Shown one piece after another: positions 38,011-48,375 of a stretch of DNA of 64,000 nt; within the stretch, counting starts at the first letter, position 1, and every line of letters begins with the position of its first letter. A program made the position numbers and the translations under genes. Below the pieces are notes generated by a model that saw only the letters and a program-made list of their open reading frames with translations, was not told the DNA's origin and did no database searches. The stretch is from Bdellovibrionales bacterium (GTDB lineage Bacteria > Bdellovibrionota > Bdellovibrionia > Bdellovibrionales > UBA1609), in contig CBDCMT010000001.1 in the NCBI GenBank assembly GCA_965219095.1, forward strand, positions 1,952,001 through 2,016,000. Reading direction: 5' to 3'.

Positions 38011-40050
38011 ATGGAAAAGATCTTATTTCTTGCTATTTTGTTATTTCTCCCTCTTTTACAAGCTGAACTTAAATGTGAACATATTTACTCTGTAAAAACT
38101 CAGTTTTTTTTAAATAGTCATATTAAAAAGATAAAAATGAATCAGTTTTTAGAAAACAAAAGCGTTTCCTCTTTTATAGATAATCTTGACCCTGGAAAAA
38201 TGTACTTGACCCAAGTTGAAGCTCGTAAATTAAAAAAAATGATGAAAGGTATTTTTAATGAAACTCGGAAAGGAAAGTGTAAGGTTATTATAAGTGTTTA
38301 TAAACAGTTTTTGAAATACTTTGATAAACGTATAGAATTTATTAGAAGGACTTTAAAGTCACCTCAGTTTAAATTGATTGCAGAAACTTCTATAAAAACA
38401 AAAAAGAATAAAAAAAGATCTTTGACTCTCAAGGATTCATTAAAAAATCAGGAAAAGCATCTTCAAATACAAGTTGCTAGATGGAAAGATAAAGAGATGT
38501 CTTTTCAAAAGGCTAAAACATTGGTTTTAAAGTTCTATCAGAGGTTTTATGCTCGTCTTCAATCACGGACTGATGAACAAATCTTTAGTGAGTATTTAAA
38601 AGCTTTCGCAAGAAGCTTAGATCCCCATTCGAATTACTTTTCTAGAGAAGAATGGAATGATTTTCAGATTGGTCTGAAGCTTTCTTTTGAGGGAATAGGA
38701 GCTCACTTAAGATTTGATGAATTAGATGGTTTAACTACAGTTCATGATTTAGTAGAAGGAGGAGCTGCGGAAAGAGGAGGGAAGTTAAAACGTGAAGATA
38801 AGATTGTCGCTGTAGCTCAAGGAACAAAAGGCAGATCTGAAATCCCTAAGGATAAGCTCAAATTTGAAGATGTGGTCGGCCTTGATATTTCGAAAGTTGT
38901 AAAAAAGATCAAAGGACCTAGAGGGACAAGTGTTTATTTAAAAGTTTTAAGGAAAGTGAAGAAAAAAGAAAAAAAAGTTTTTGTTAAAATTGTAAGGGAT
39001 AAAATTAAATTAGAAAGCAAAAGAGCCTCCATATCTTACGTAGAAAGTTATATTAAAGGAAAACCAAAGAAGATTGGAATTATTAGGCTCTCTTCTTTTT
39101 ATGCCGACCGGAAAGGGTTTGCTTCAAGTGAAGATGTTAAAAACCTTTTGATCGAAGCTAAGAAAAAATCTGTAAGCGGTATTGTTTTAGATCTTAGTAA
39201 AAATAGTGGTGGTGTTTTGAATGAAGCTGTTAAGATCTCAGGTTTGTTTTTTAAAAGTGGAAATGTAGTGAAACAGTCGCAAAAAAATCACCCCCCCGTA
39301 CTCTTAAGAGATAAGGATGGAAAAACTTATTTTAAAGGGCCTTTAGTGGTTTTAATTGATAGAGAAAGTGCAAGTGCTAGTGAGATTGTGGCAGGGGCTT
39401 TAAAGGATTATAAGAGGGCTATCGTTGTAGGAGGGGCTCATACTTTTGGAAAAGGAACTGTTCAAATGGTAAACATCATTCCTCACCCTTCTCCCCTTAA
39501 GACAAAAGATGTTTTAGGAGCTACAAAAACAACAGTGGGTTTGTTTTTTATTCCCGGAGGTTTTTCAACACAGCACATAGGAGTCTCTTCCGACATTACT
39601 TTTCCTAGTGCTTATGATTATGTAGAGGCTTTTCTTGAAAAAGATCAACCTAATGCCCTACCTCCTGAGAAGATGGTAACTTTTCTTTCAGAAGAGGCTT
39701 ATAGTGGAGGCTGGAAGAAAGTGACTACAAAGCTTAAAAAGTTCTTAGCTTTCAAATCTAAAAAAAGGATTAAAAAAAATAAAGATTTCGAAAAGATCAT
39801 AGCTGAAGGCAAGGAGTATAAACAAAAAGATAATCAATATCTTTCCGTCAAAGAGGTTTTAGATTCTTCTGATGAGAGACTAAAACAAAAAAAGAAACTT
39901 GAAGCTAATAAAAAGCTCACAAAAGCTCAGAAAAAAGCCAGCCAAAAAAAAGACTACTTAAACAGTCCTTACATTAAAGAGGCTGTGAACATCCTTTCTG
40001 ATATGCTTAAGTATTATGATAAAAATACAGCACTTTCTTCTTCCACTTAA
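38011..40050 (+). CDS. prc: Carboxy-terminal processing protease (S41, Prc/Tsp-like)
   Basis: Signal peptide, LDPHSNYF, PDZ (FEGIGA), DLSKNSGG, SASASEIVAGAL.DY, TFGKGTVQ. Confidence 0.92.
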   Translation: MEKILFLAILLFLPLLQAELKCEHIYSVKTQFFLNSHIKKIKMNQFLENKSVSSFIDNLDPGKMYLTQVEARKLKKMMKGIFNETRKGKCKVIISVYKQFLKYFDKRIEFIRRTLKSPQFKLIAETSIKTKKNKKRSLTLKDSLKNQEKHLQIQVARWKDKEMSFQKAKTLVLKFYQRFYARLQSRTDEQIFSEYLKAFARSLDPHSNYFSREEWNDFQIGLKLSFEGIGAHLRFDELDGLTTVHDLVEGGAAERGGKLKREDKIVAVAQGTKGRSEIPKDKLKFEDVVGLDISKVVKKIKGPRGTSVYLKVLRKVKKKEKKVFVKIVRDKIKLESKRASISYVESYIKGKPKKIGIIRLSSFYADRKGFASSEDVKNLLIEAKKKSVSGIVLDLSKNSGGVLNEAVKISGLFFKSGNVVKQSQKNHPPVLLRDKDGKTYFKGPLVVLIDRESASASEIVAGALKDYKRAIVVGGAHTFGKGTVQMVNIIPHPSPLKTKDVLGATKTTVGLFFIPGGFSTQHIGVSSDITFPSAYDYVEAFLEKDQPNALPPEKMVTFLSEEAYSGGWKKVTTKLKKFLAFKSKKRIKKNKDFEKIIAEGKEYKQKDNQYLSVKEVLDSSDERLKQKKKLEANKKLTKAQKKASQKKDYLNSPYIKEAVNILSDMLKYYDKNTALSSST

Positions 40051-40096
40051 AAACTTTGGTTATGTTCTTTCTTATAAGACTTAGATACTTCACTTA

Positions 40097-41236
40097 TATA
40101 GTGCTTCCGCTTAGGTTTTCCGTTTTTTTTTGAGTTGAGGTCTAGTTTTTATTCTAAGGCCTTGATAAAAAGTCATTTATTTTTAAAAATAGTTTCATAT
40201 GTCAGGGTTTCTATCAAAAAAAGAGCGAGAAGATTTACTCTATGAACTATCTTTAGAGAAAAATATTAAATACGCAAAAAGGATTATGACAATTCTCCAT
40301 TTAGATAAAGGTAAGTTGTGTAAAGATATTGCCTGCTTTCTTTTCATTGATGAGGGCACGATAAGAGCCTGTAGAGATCGTTATAACAAAGCAGGATAGA
40401 GTGCTTAATCAACGACAATTACAACCCTAAAAGGTCCTTTTTAACTAAGAAAGAGGAGAAAATGCTTTTAAAGGAATTAGAGAAAAGAATTTTTCCATCA
40501 TCACAGACCGTTATTCAGTTCATTGAGGAGAATTTTGGTGTTACGTACTCAACAAGTGGTGTAATTGATCTTCTCCATCGCCTTGGTTTTTCTTATAAAA
40601 AAGCCACAGCGATACCGGGTAAGGCAAAGAGAGAAGAGCAGAAAAAGTTTGTGCGTAAATACAAGAGAATTAAGAAGAAAGAGGGTCCTGTTTACTTTGC
40701 TGATTCCACACATCCTGAGTGGGCCCTACGATTTCATATGGTTGGATAAGAGAGGGTAAGAAGTTTGAAGTGAAGACCAATTCAGGCTGGAGAAAAAGAG
40801 TGAATGTCTGTGGAGCTATTGAGATCAATAGTTTGAAGACGGTAGTCAGGAGTTATAAGACAGTTAACCATGTTTCCATATGTGATATGCTCCATCATAT
40901 TCATTAAGAAGTATTCCGATGAAAAAGAGATTCATCTTATCTTAGATGGGGCCGGATACAATAGATCGAAGTCTGTCAAGAAGTTAGCGAAAGAGTTGAA
41001 TATAAAACTTGTTTATCTTCCTCCGTACTCACCGAATTTAAATCCTATAGAAAGGCTTTGGAAGTTTATGAAAAAAGAGGTCACAGCAAATCGCTATTAT
41101 GAAAATTATGACGATTTCAAGGGAAGTTTAAGTCAATTTTTTAGAGGAATACGAAAACACAGAGCTAAATTAGAAACTTTGATAACTGATAACTTCTCTA
41201 TCTTAGGAACTTGAAAACCTAAACGGAAGCACTATA
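40097..41236 (+). mobile_element. IS630-family element with a disrupted transposase
   Basis: TIRs tatagtgcttccgcttaggttttc / gaaaacctaaacggaagcactata; VYFAD, ILDGAGY, LPPYSPNLNPIERLW; in-frame stop and frameshifts. Confidence 0.9.
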
Positions 41237-41293
41237 TGACGCTTAACTTAATAAAAGTTTTTGTGATTTGTTAAAAGATAGAGTAAGATAGTT

Positions 41294-42292
41294 TTGATGT
41301 TAAGCCCTGAATTATCAGATGAACTTCTTATTAAAATATATAAACTTATGGTGAAGTCTCGTGTTTTAGAAGAGAGGCTTATAAAAATTTATAAATTAGG
41401 ACAAAGTTTTTTTTGGATAGGAGGCCCCGGGGAGGAGGCCTTTGGTGTTCCCTTAGGTCTTTTGGTGGATAAGGGACAGGGTTTACAAAAGGACTGGCTT
41501 CACCTTCATTACCGAAGCACTTCTACCTTAGTGGCTTTGGGATTAGAGTCTGTTGATGCTTTTCGTCTTATGATGAACAAAAAAACGGATCCTTGTACAG
41601 GGGGAAGAAACTTTGCAGGTCATTACTGTTTTCCACAGTGGAATGTGGTTCCTGTAAGCTCCCCTATAGAGGTTCAATACAGTATGGCTATTGGAACAGC
41701 TTATGTTCAAAGACGTAGTCAGTCTAGAGCTTTAACAGTGGTGACAGGGGGGGATGCAGGTACGGCTGAAGGAGACTTTGCTTCTTGCTTAATCTGGGCT
41801 AGCCGTCCTGGCAAAGAACTTCCTCTTTTGATCACTGTACAGGATAACCGGTGGGGAATTTCAACCCCCTATGAAACTCAACATGGGGAGGAGTTGATCT
41901 CTCATAGAGCGAAAGCTTTTGGGATTCGTTCAGAAACTATTAATGGCAATGATCCTATTGAAGTTTATTGTTCTTTAAAAAAAAACATGGATTACATAAG
42001 AGAAACCAAAAGACCTGTTTTATTGGAATTTAAAGTGTCTAGGCTCTACGGTCATTCTTCGGCAACAGGAGCTAACTATTGTGATGAAGTGTGTTGTTTG
42101 AAGTTGTATGAAGAAAAACTTAAAAAGCAAAAGCTTATTACTGATCATCAGATAAAAAAAACCTATGAAAGATATAAAAAAGAGATGCTTGAAGCTTATG
42201 AAAAAGCCCAAAAGGAAACTTCTCCTGACAAAAATAGTGTTTGGGATCATGTTTACGCTAATGGTGAAAACGCAGATTGGAGACAATTTTAA
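41294..42292 (+). CDS. 2-oxoacid dehydrogenase E1 alpha subunit (branched-chain/pyruvate type)
   Basis: HYR, TPP motif GDAGTAEGDF...DN, RLYGHSS. Confidence 0.88.
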   Translation: MMLSPELSDELLIKIYKLMVKSRVLEERLIKIYKLGQSFFWIGGPGEEAFGVPLGLLVDKGQGLQKDWLHLHYRSTSTLVALGLESVDAFRLMMNKKTDPCTGGRNFAGHYCFPQWNVVPVSSPIEVQYSMAIGTAYVQRRSQSRALTVVTGGDAGTAEGDFASCLIWASRPGKELPLLITVQDNRWGISTPYETQHGEELISHRAKAFGIRSETINGNDPIEVYCSLKKNMDYIRETKRPVLLEFKVSRLYGHSSATGANYCDEVCCLKLYEEKLKKQKLITDHQIKKTYERYKKEMLEAYEKAQKETSPDKNSVWDHVYANGENADWRQF

Positions 42293-43341
42293 TGGCTAGC
42301 ATGGCTCAAGGGATTCGTATGGCCCTTCATTATGCAGAAGAAAATCTAGAACTAAAAGATGTTTTCGGTCAAGACGTAGGGCCTCCCTTAGGAGGTGTTT
42401 TTACAGCTACACAAGGGTTAAAGACCTCTTGGAATACACCCCTTGATGAAAGAGGGATTATTGGTTGTGCTATAGGGATTGGTTTGACAGGGCAACGCTG
42501 TGTTGCTGAGATTCAGTTTTGCGATTATATTTTTAACACTGTTGACCTTTTAAAGTTAGCAGGAGGAATTCTCTGGTCCTCTTATGGGCAGTACCCTTTA
42601 CCTATAGTGGTAATGACTCCTGTAGGAGCAGGTATTCATGGATCCATTTATCATAGTCATAGTGTAGATGCTTTAGCCACAAGGCTTCCTGGTTGGAAAA
42701 TAGTGATGCCTTCCTGTCCTTTAGATGCTTATGGACTTATGCTTTCTGCCATTAAAGATCCTAATCCTGTTTTATTTTTAAAACCGAAAGCTCTCTTACG
42801 TTTAAAGGGAGACCAACTTATTCCGGGAGAGCCTGAGAATCAGAAGCAATTAAAAGATATGATTGATGCTCCCATAGGAGAACGTTCTCATTGGAAGCCA
42901 CAATGGCCTGAGTTAAAGGAGTATTTTGTTGAAATAGGGAAGGCAGATAAAGTGTTAGAAGGTTCTGACATAACAGTGGTAAGCTATGGACGAAGTCTTA
43001 TTTTAGCTAAAGAGGCGGTAAAAGAGTTAAAGGATGTTTCTGTGGAACTTATTGATTTACGTTCTCTTTTTCCCTATGATTGGTTTATGATTTCAGAAAG
43101 TATCAAGAAGACAAAAAAAGTTTTGTTTTTGAATGAAGACACAGATGTGAGCAATTTTGGAGAGCATTTAGCTTATAGAGTAACTCGAGAGCTTTTTTAC
43201 AATCTCTTAGCAAGGCCGAAAGTTTTAGCTGGTAAGAATCTCCCTGGTATTGGGCTTTCTAGTGTTCTAGAAGACAATACTGTTCCTCAGATTTCAGATA
43301 TTGTTCAAGCTATAAAAGAGCTTGTTAGTGAGGTGCCTTGA
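42292..43341 (+). CDS. 2-oxoacid dehydrogenase E1 beta subunit
   Basis: FGQDVG..GGVF.AT.GL, NTPLDE.GI.G, AEIQFCDY, ELIDLRSL.P.D. Confidence 0.9.
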   Translation: MASMAQGIRMALHYAEENLELKDVFGQDVGPPLGGVFTATQGLKTSWNTPLDERGIIGCAIGIGLTGQRCVAEIQFCDYIFNTVDLLKLAGGILWSSYGQYPLPIVVMTPVGAGIHGSIYHSHSVDALATRLPGWKIVMPSCPLDAYGLMLSAIKDPNPVLFLKPKALLRLKGDQLIPGEPENQKQLKDMIDAPIGERSHWKPQWPELKEYFVEIGKADKVLEGSDITVVSYGRSLILAKEAVKELKDVSVELIDLRSLFPYDWFMISESIKKTKKVLFLNEDTDVSNFGEHLAYRVTRELFYNLLARPKVLAGKNLPGIGLSSVLEDNTVPQISDIVQAIKELVSEVP

Positions 43342-43500
43342 TAAGGAAAGATAAGAAAGTTTTGGTATTAGAAAGCAGGAGTTGGAAACAAAGTTTGTGC
43401 TTTTATCAATTAGCTAAAAAAGTTAATAAGAAGGGAGTTTTTGTTTAGTTTTTATCCTTATTGCTTAGGGAGGTATATTTAAAACGGAATATAGATAGGT

Positions 43501-44307
43501 GTGGAAATGAAAAACAAAAGACCTTTTGATAAATATGCTCTTTATGAAAAAGCTGTTCAATCTCCTGAAGAAGATGTTTTATTTGCTAGAAAAACCTATT
43601 GTGAGCTAAAAAAGACAAATCCTAAAACTTTAAGAGAGGATTTTTGTGGGACCTTTCAGCTTTGTTGTGAATGGGTTAAGTTAAAAAAAGATCATAAAGC
43701 TTGTGGAATTGATGTTGATTCAAAGCCTCTTCATTATGGAAAAACTCATCACTTTTTAGACCTTTCTGAAGATCAAAAAAGAAGGATTGAGATTTATAAA
43801 AAAAGTGTTTTAGCTTCTAATCTTCCTAAGGTGGATATTGCTTTAGCCCAAAACTTTTCCTACTATTTATTTAAAGAAAGAAAGGATTTAAAAAAGTACT
43901 TTAAAAATGTTCACAAACATTTAAATCAGAAAGGAGTGTTTTTTTTGGATGCTTTTGGTGGTCCTGATAGCGAAATTGAGAGCGAGGATCAAGTTGATCA
44001 CGGCGATTTTGTATATTATTGGGAACAAGAACATTTCAATCCTGTTACACGATCTATAATATGTTCTATTCATTTTAAAAAAAAGTATCAGAAAAAAAAG
44101 AGGTCTGTGTTTGTTTATGATTGGAGGCTGTGGACTCTTGCTGAACTTATTGACTTACTCAAAGAGGTGGGTTTTCAAAAGATTCATTGCTATTGGGAAG
44201 GAGTAGATTCACAGGGTGAGGGAAACGGGATCTTTAAGCTTGTCAAAAAAGAAAAGGACTGTGAGGCCTGTGAATCTTGGGTGACTTACCTTGTATGTGA
44301 AAAATAG
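43501..44307 (+). CDS. Class I SAM-dependent methyltransferase
   Basis: LYEKAVQSP, LREDFCGT, NFSY, DAFGG, YDWRLWTL. Confidence 0.8.
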   Translation: MEMKNKRPFDKYALYEKAVQSPEEDVLFARKTYCELKKTNPKTLREDFCGTFQLCCEWVKLKKDHKACGIDVDSKPLHYGKTHHFLDLSEDQKRRIEIYKKSVLASNLPKVDIALAQNFSYYLFKERKDLKKYFKNVHKHLNQKGVFFLDAFGGPDSEIESEDQVDHGDFVYYWEQEHFNPVTRSIICSIHFKKKYQKKKRSVFVYDWRLWTLAELIDLLKEVGFQKIHCYWEGVDSQGEGNGIFKLVKKEKDCEACESWVTYLVCEK

Positions 44308-44562
44308 CTGGAAGTTGTATTTATTACTTCTTATCAAGTTTTGACTGTAAAAAAGAAAGGTCTTATAAATGAAAAATAAAAGCTAAACATACAAAAAATT
44401 GAAAAAAGACTTTGTAAAATTTTTATTCTTTTTTTTTATAACTACGATTCTTTGGGGTTTTACGAATTTTTTTACATTTTTTCTTGATATTTGAGGATCT
44501 TTCTTGTATAAATAAAATAAGTTTATTTTATTGCTTCAAAAGCTACGCAAAGGAGAAAAAAT

Positions 44563-45288
44563 ATGTATGTAATGATAAAACTAATATTTAAGTATATTTT
44601 TTTGCCATTTTTAATTCTAGGAATGGCTGTTTCAAAAACATCTTCTGATCTTTGTTATGAGCTTTTTAAAGAAGGTGAAGAAATTAAAATAGAAGAACAA
44701 GCTCAGAGACAAGATAAAGAAAAAATCCTTAAAATCTATCAAAATAAAGCTAATCTTAATTTAAGTAGTAAAAATTACGAGGAAGCTATAGAATATTACA
44801 ACAAAATTATAAAGCTTGCCCCTAAAAGTGAACTTGCTTATTTGCATTATTTATATAGGGGTATTGCTAAATCAGAGTTGAAAAACCAAAGGGGAGCTCT
44901 TGTAGATATCAGTAAATCTATAAATCTCAACCCTCAATGTGTTTTATCCTACTACATGAAAGGTGTCGTAAAAGGGATTTTAAAATGGTATGATGGAGCT
45001 ATAGAAGCTTATAATAAAGCTTTGCAATTAGATCACCAGTTCTTTGAAGCACATCATAACTTAGCTATCATATATTCTAAATTAGGATATTATCGAAAGG
45101 CATTAAAGCATTTCAATGAGGCCATTAAGAATAATTCAGAAGATTCCCGTGTCTATTACAATAAAGCGGTTACGCTCGTTAATATGAAACGCAAAAAAGA
45201 CGTACTAACAAATATTAAGAGGGCTATAAAATTGAACTCTAATTTTAGGGAAGCTTTCCTTTTGAAAAACTGGTATGAATCAAGATAG
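44563..45288 (+). CDS. Secreted TPR-repeat protein
   Basis: Signal peptide, about 5 canonical TPRs. Confidence 0.85.
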   Translation: MYVMIKLIFKYIFLPFLILGMAVSKTSSDLCYELFKEGEEIKIEEQAQRQDKEKILKIYQNKANLNLSSKNYEEAIEYYNKIIKLAPKSELAYLHYLYRGIAKSELKNQRGALVDISKSINLNPQCVLSYYMKGVVKGILKWYDGAIEAYNKALQLDHQFFEAHHNLAIIYSKLGYYRKALKHFNEAIKNNSEDSRVYYNKAVTLVNMKRKKDVLTNIKRAIKLNSNFREAFLLKNWYESR

Positions 45289-45384
45289 TGTGACGTTAAG
45301 GCATTGTTAAAAATAACTTAGACACTTTTAGTGGGGTAGTATTTTATAATTCCACTTGCCATGAAATGCTTCTCTCTTAATTTT

Positions 45385-45422
45385 GGCTCCTCCCGGGAAC
45401 CCACAGATTCTTTTGAGGAGCC
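45385..45422 (+). mobile_element. 38-bp ISL3-derived micro-element, second copy
   Basis: ggctcctcccgggaacccacagattcttttgaggagcc with perfect 8-bp inverted tips. Confidence 0.82.
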
Positions 45423-45427
45423 AGATT

Positions 45428-46948
45428 GCCTCCTCAAAAGAATCTGTGGGTTCCCGGAGGTTCTGGCAGTTTTCCAAGGTTATGATATAAGGCGATTTTT
45501 ATAGCTTTAGAGGTTCTAAAGCCGTAAGATTTTCTCATAGTGAGTTTTACTTTGTTGTTTAAACCCTCTACAATCCCTGAGGAGAAGGTTTTTTTAGCCT
45601 TGAAGTAATTAAGAATAAGTAGCTTATGTCTTCGTATGGTTTTTGCTTCTCTTTTCATAGGTTCAATTTTTGAAAGCATGACTCGTCTCGTCCAACTGTC
45701 TATAAATTTACCAGCCCAAGTTGGTGAAACATAGGTCCATAACTGTCGGAAGTCTTCTTTTAAAAAATAACAGCGGATACTTTTTAAATTGTACTGTATT
45801 AAATGCCTTAATTTTACTTTTTCATAAGATTTTAAATTTTCTGCATTTTTTAACAAGGGCCATCTAGCTTTTGTTAAAAGGGGTTCATACCCATCTTCTT
45901 TCATTTTTTTGTGTTCTGAAGCTCTCACTTCGTCTAAAGCCTTATTGAGTCTTGCTACGATATGAAACCGATCTAATATGTGTAAAGTTCCACTTGCCCT
46001 CTCCTTTATGACTTTTAAATAAGGCTTCCACATGTCAGAGCACACAAACCGTATCTCTTTTGACTTCTCTCCTAGTAAATCAAAGAATTTTCTAAAACTC
46101 TTTTCTGTTCGTTTCTCTCCTATCCACAACAAGCGTACACGGGTTTTGCTTATTTCATAGACTAAGGTGAGATACTGATGGTTCTTTTTCCATTGTATTT
46201 CATCTACACCTATAGCTTGTATTCCCTTTAAAACCCTTTGTTTTAAACCATATTCTACGACCCATTCTACCGAAGCATAGACCTGATTCCAACTGACATG
46301 AAACTTACAAGAAACCTCTTTCCAAGACAGGTGACGACACCAGTCTGCTAAATACTTCATGTAAAAGATCGTTAAACTCTTCTTACCATCGGCCCAAGGT
46401 AAATACTCAACTTTTACCCCACAGCAAGGACAATTAACTCTTCTTACAAAATAAACAAAAAACACCCTGTAACTTAAAATAGGAAGGGATTCAAAGTCCC
46501 GTGATGATTTACTGCTGTCATACACTGAACAGGGCTTCTTACAAACACTACAAAAAGCTTGGCCATTTTTACGAGCCTTAATAGGAACATTAATTGACTT
46601 TCTATCTTTTGAAAAATAAATGTCTTCGTACACAAAAGACTTCCATCTTAAACAATCATTTAGTATAGTCTTCAAAAGCATCTCTTCCCTCCTTTTTTTT
46701 TTTTTTTGAATAACATTTTAAGGCATCTGGGAAGTAGGTGCTTCTTTTTTAAAATTTTAATGTAACACAGCAAATAAAAGCAAATAAAATGAATGTTTTT
46801 GAGTTCAATCACCGGAGGTGATAGAGGCCAGTAAGGGCCTCAAAGAACTCAAAAATACAAGATAGGATGTCTTACTCTTACTTTGATTAATATGAGCCTT
46901 TTTGGGGGATTTCTACTACTTTTCACCCACAGATTCCCGGGAGGAGCC
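45428..46948 (-). mobile_element. ISL3-family insertion sequence, copy 3 (1521 bp)
   Basis: Same IRs; inserted into an IS1634 transposase. Confidence 0.92.
45434..46681 (-). CDS. ISL3-family transposase
   Basis: Near-identical to the other two copies. Confidence 0.95.
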   Translation of the reverse strand: MLLKTILNDCLRWKSFVYEDIYFSKDRKSINVPIKARKNGQAFCSVCKKPCSVYDSSKSSRDFESLPILSYRVFFVYFVRRVNCPCCGVKVEYLPWADGKKSLTIFYMKYLADWCRHLSWKEVSCKFHVSWNQVYASVEWVVEYGLKQRVLKGIQAIGVDEIQWKKNHQYLTLVYEISKTRVRLLWIGEKRTEKSFRKFFDLLGEKSKEIRFVCSDMWKPYLKVIKERASGTLHILDRFHIVARLNKALDEVRASEHKKMKEDGYEPLLTKARWPLLKNAENLKSYEKVKLRHLIQYNLKSIRCYFLKEDFRQLWTYVSPTWAGKFIDSWTRRVMLSKIEPMKREAKTIRRHKLLILNYFKAKKTFSSGIVEGLNNKVKLTMRKSYGFRTSKAIKIALYHNLGKLPEPPGTHRFF

Positions 46949-48309
46949 TAAAGATTTAATAGAAACTGGAAGAAAAAAAGAGGCTATAAACCAAGTACTC
47001 CGTGAGGTGGTTTTTATGAGAGTTTTCTCTCCTTCAAGCAAGCTAAGAAGCTGTTCTCTAATAGAGAAGTTCTTTAGTAAACAAATATCTCATAAACAGG
47101 TCTTGACTATGATGGATAGAGTTTTTAAAGAGGAGGATGTTTTGAGGCAAAAGGTTTTCGAATCTCTAGCATCCAAAGGTTCGGACTTTAATGTTTTACT
47201 GTTTGATGTAACAACCCTATATTTTGAATCTACCATGCAGGGAGAATTAAGGGACTTTGGTTATAGCAAGGACGGAAAGTTTAATGAAACTCAAGTGGTT
47301 TTGGCTGTGCTAGCCAATACAGAGGGTTTGCCTTTAGCTTACGAGGTGTTTCCTGGTTGCACATCAGAGACCAAGACTTTGCAATTTGTTTTAAACCAAG
47401 CTGTAAAGAAGTATAAGGTAAAACGAATTCGTGTGGTGGCTGATAGAGCTATGTTTTCAGATAGCAATTTTAAGTTTTTTGAAAGTTTAAATAAGAAAGG
47501 AATTGAGGCTGAGTATGTGGTATCCTGCCCTTTAAAGAAACTACCTAAAGAGAAAAAAGAAAAAATTTTTGAATTTAAAGAACTTAAAAAAGAGAGCCAA
47601 AATTCTGAAGTTTATGAGTTTTCCTACAAGAATCGCAAGGTATTTGTTTCTTACAGTGAAAAGCGGAGATTACAGGATGAAAAAAAACGACAAAGATTGT
47701 TAGAAAAACTCAAAAAAATTTGTAAAGACGGTAAAATTTCAGCCACTAAGTTAGTAAGTAATCGTGGGGTTCGAAAATACCTTAAAACTCTAAAAGGAAG
47801 TGTTCAGATAGATGCAGATAAAATCTTTCAGGACAGCCTTTGGGATGGCCTCTATGGAGTTTGCTCTAACATAGAATGTGAAACAAATAGGAAACCTTTA
47901 GAATTATACCGGTCACTTTGGAAAATTGAAGAACTGTTTCGTATTAACAAGCATACCTTGAAGATGCGTCCTATCTATCACAGACTCTCTGAAAGAATTA
48001 AATCTCATCTTTTTATTTGTTTTTTGGCTTACACTGTCTTGAAGTATGTAGAACTCTCTTTAAAAAAAGCTACTCTTCATTACAGCCTTAATGAGCTTAT
48101 TGATACTTTAAAAGAGGTTGAATCTTTTGTGATTGGAGACAAAATGAAAAAACCTTCTGTCTCCTATTTTGTCCCCAGAGCTTTATCCAAAGAAGCCAAA
48201 CAGATTTATGCTGTATTTAAAAAAGATTACATAAAAAAACCTTTTCGCATAGAAAACTCTTCCTAAACTTAAAATAACCCATCTAAAACCTAGTATGTCT
48301 AAAATCTGG
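46949..48309 (+). mobile_element. IS1634-family element lacking its 5' part
   Basis: LFDVTTLYFES, FGYSKDGK, VADRAM, WDGLYG, LWKIEELFR..K..LKMRPIYH; probable right end tgtctaaaatctgg. Confidence 0.85.
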
Positions 48310-48375
48310 AGGCAATCCAGAAAAATCTAATATATTCAAATACTTATGAATTTTATCGTTTGTTAAAGGGCGAAC

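Noticed and set aside
45297..45345. Possible IS5- or IS3-like end fragments
   Set aside because: Short, with no partner end or transposase.
46902..46948. Start of the 454-aa ORF
   Set aside because: It lies inside the ISL3 left end; the IS1634 transposase is simply truncated.
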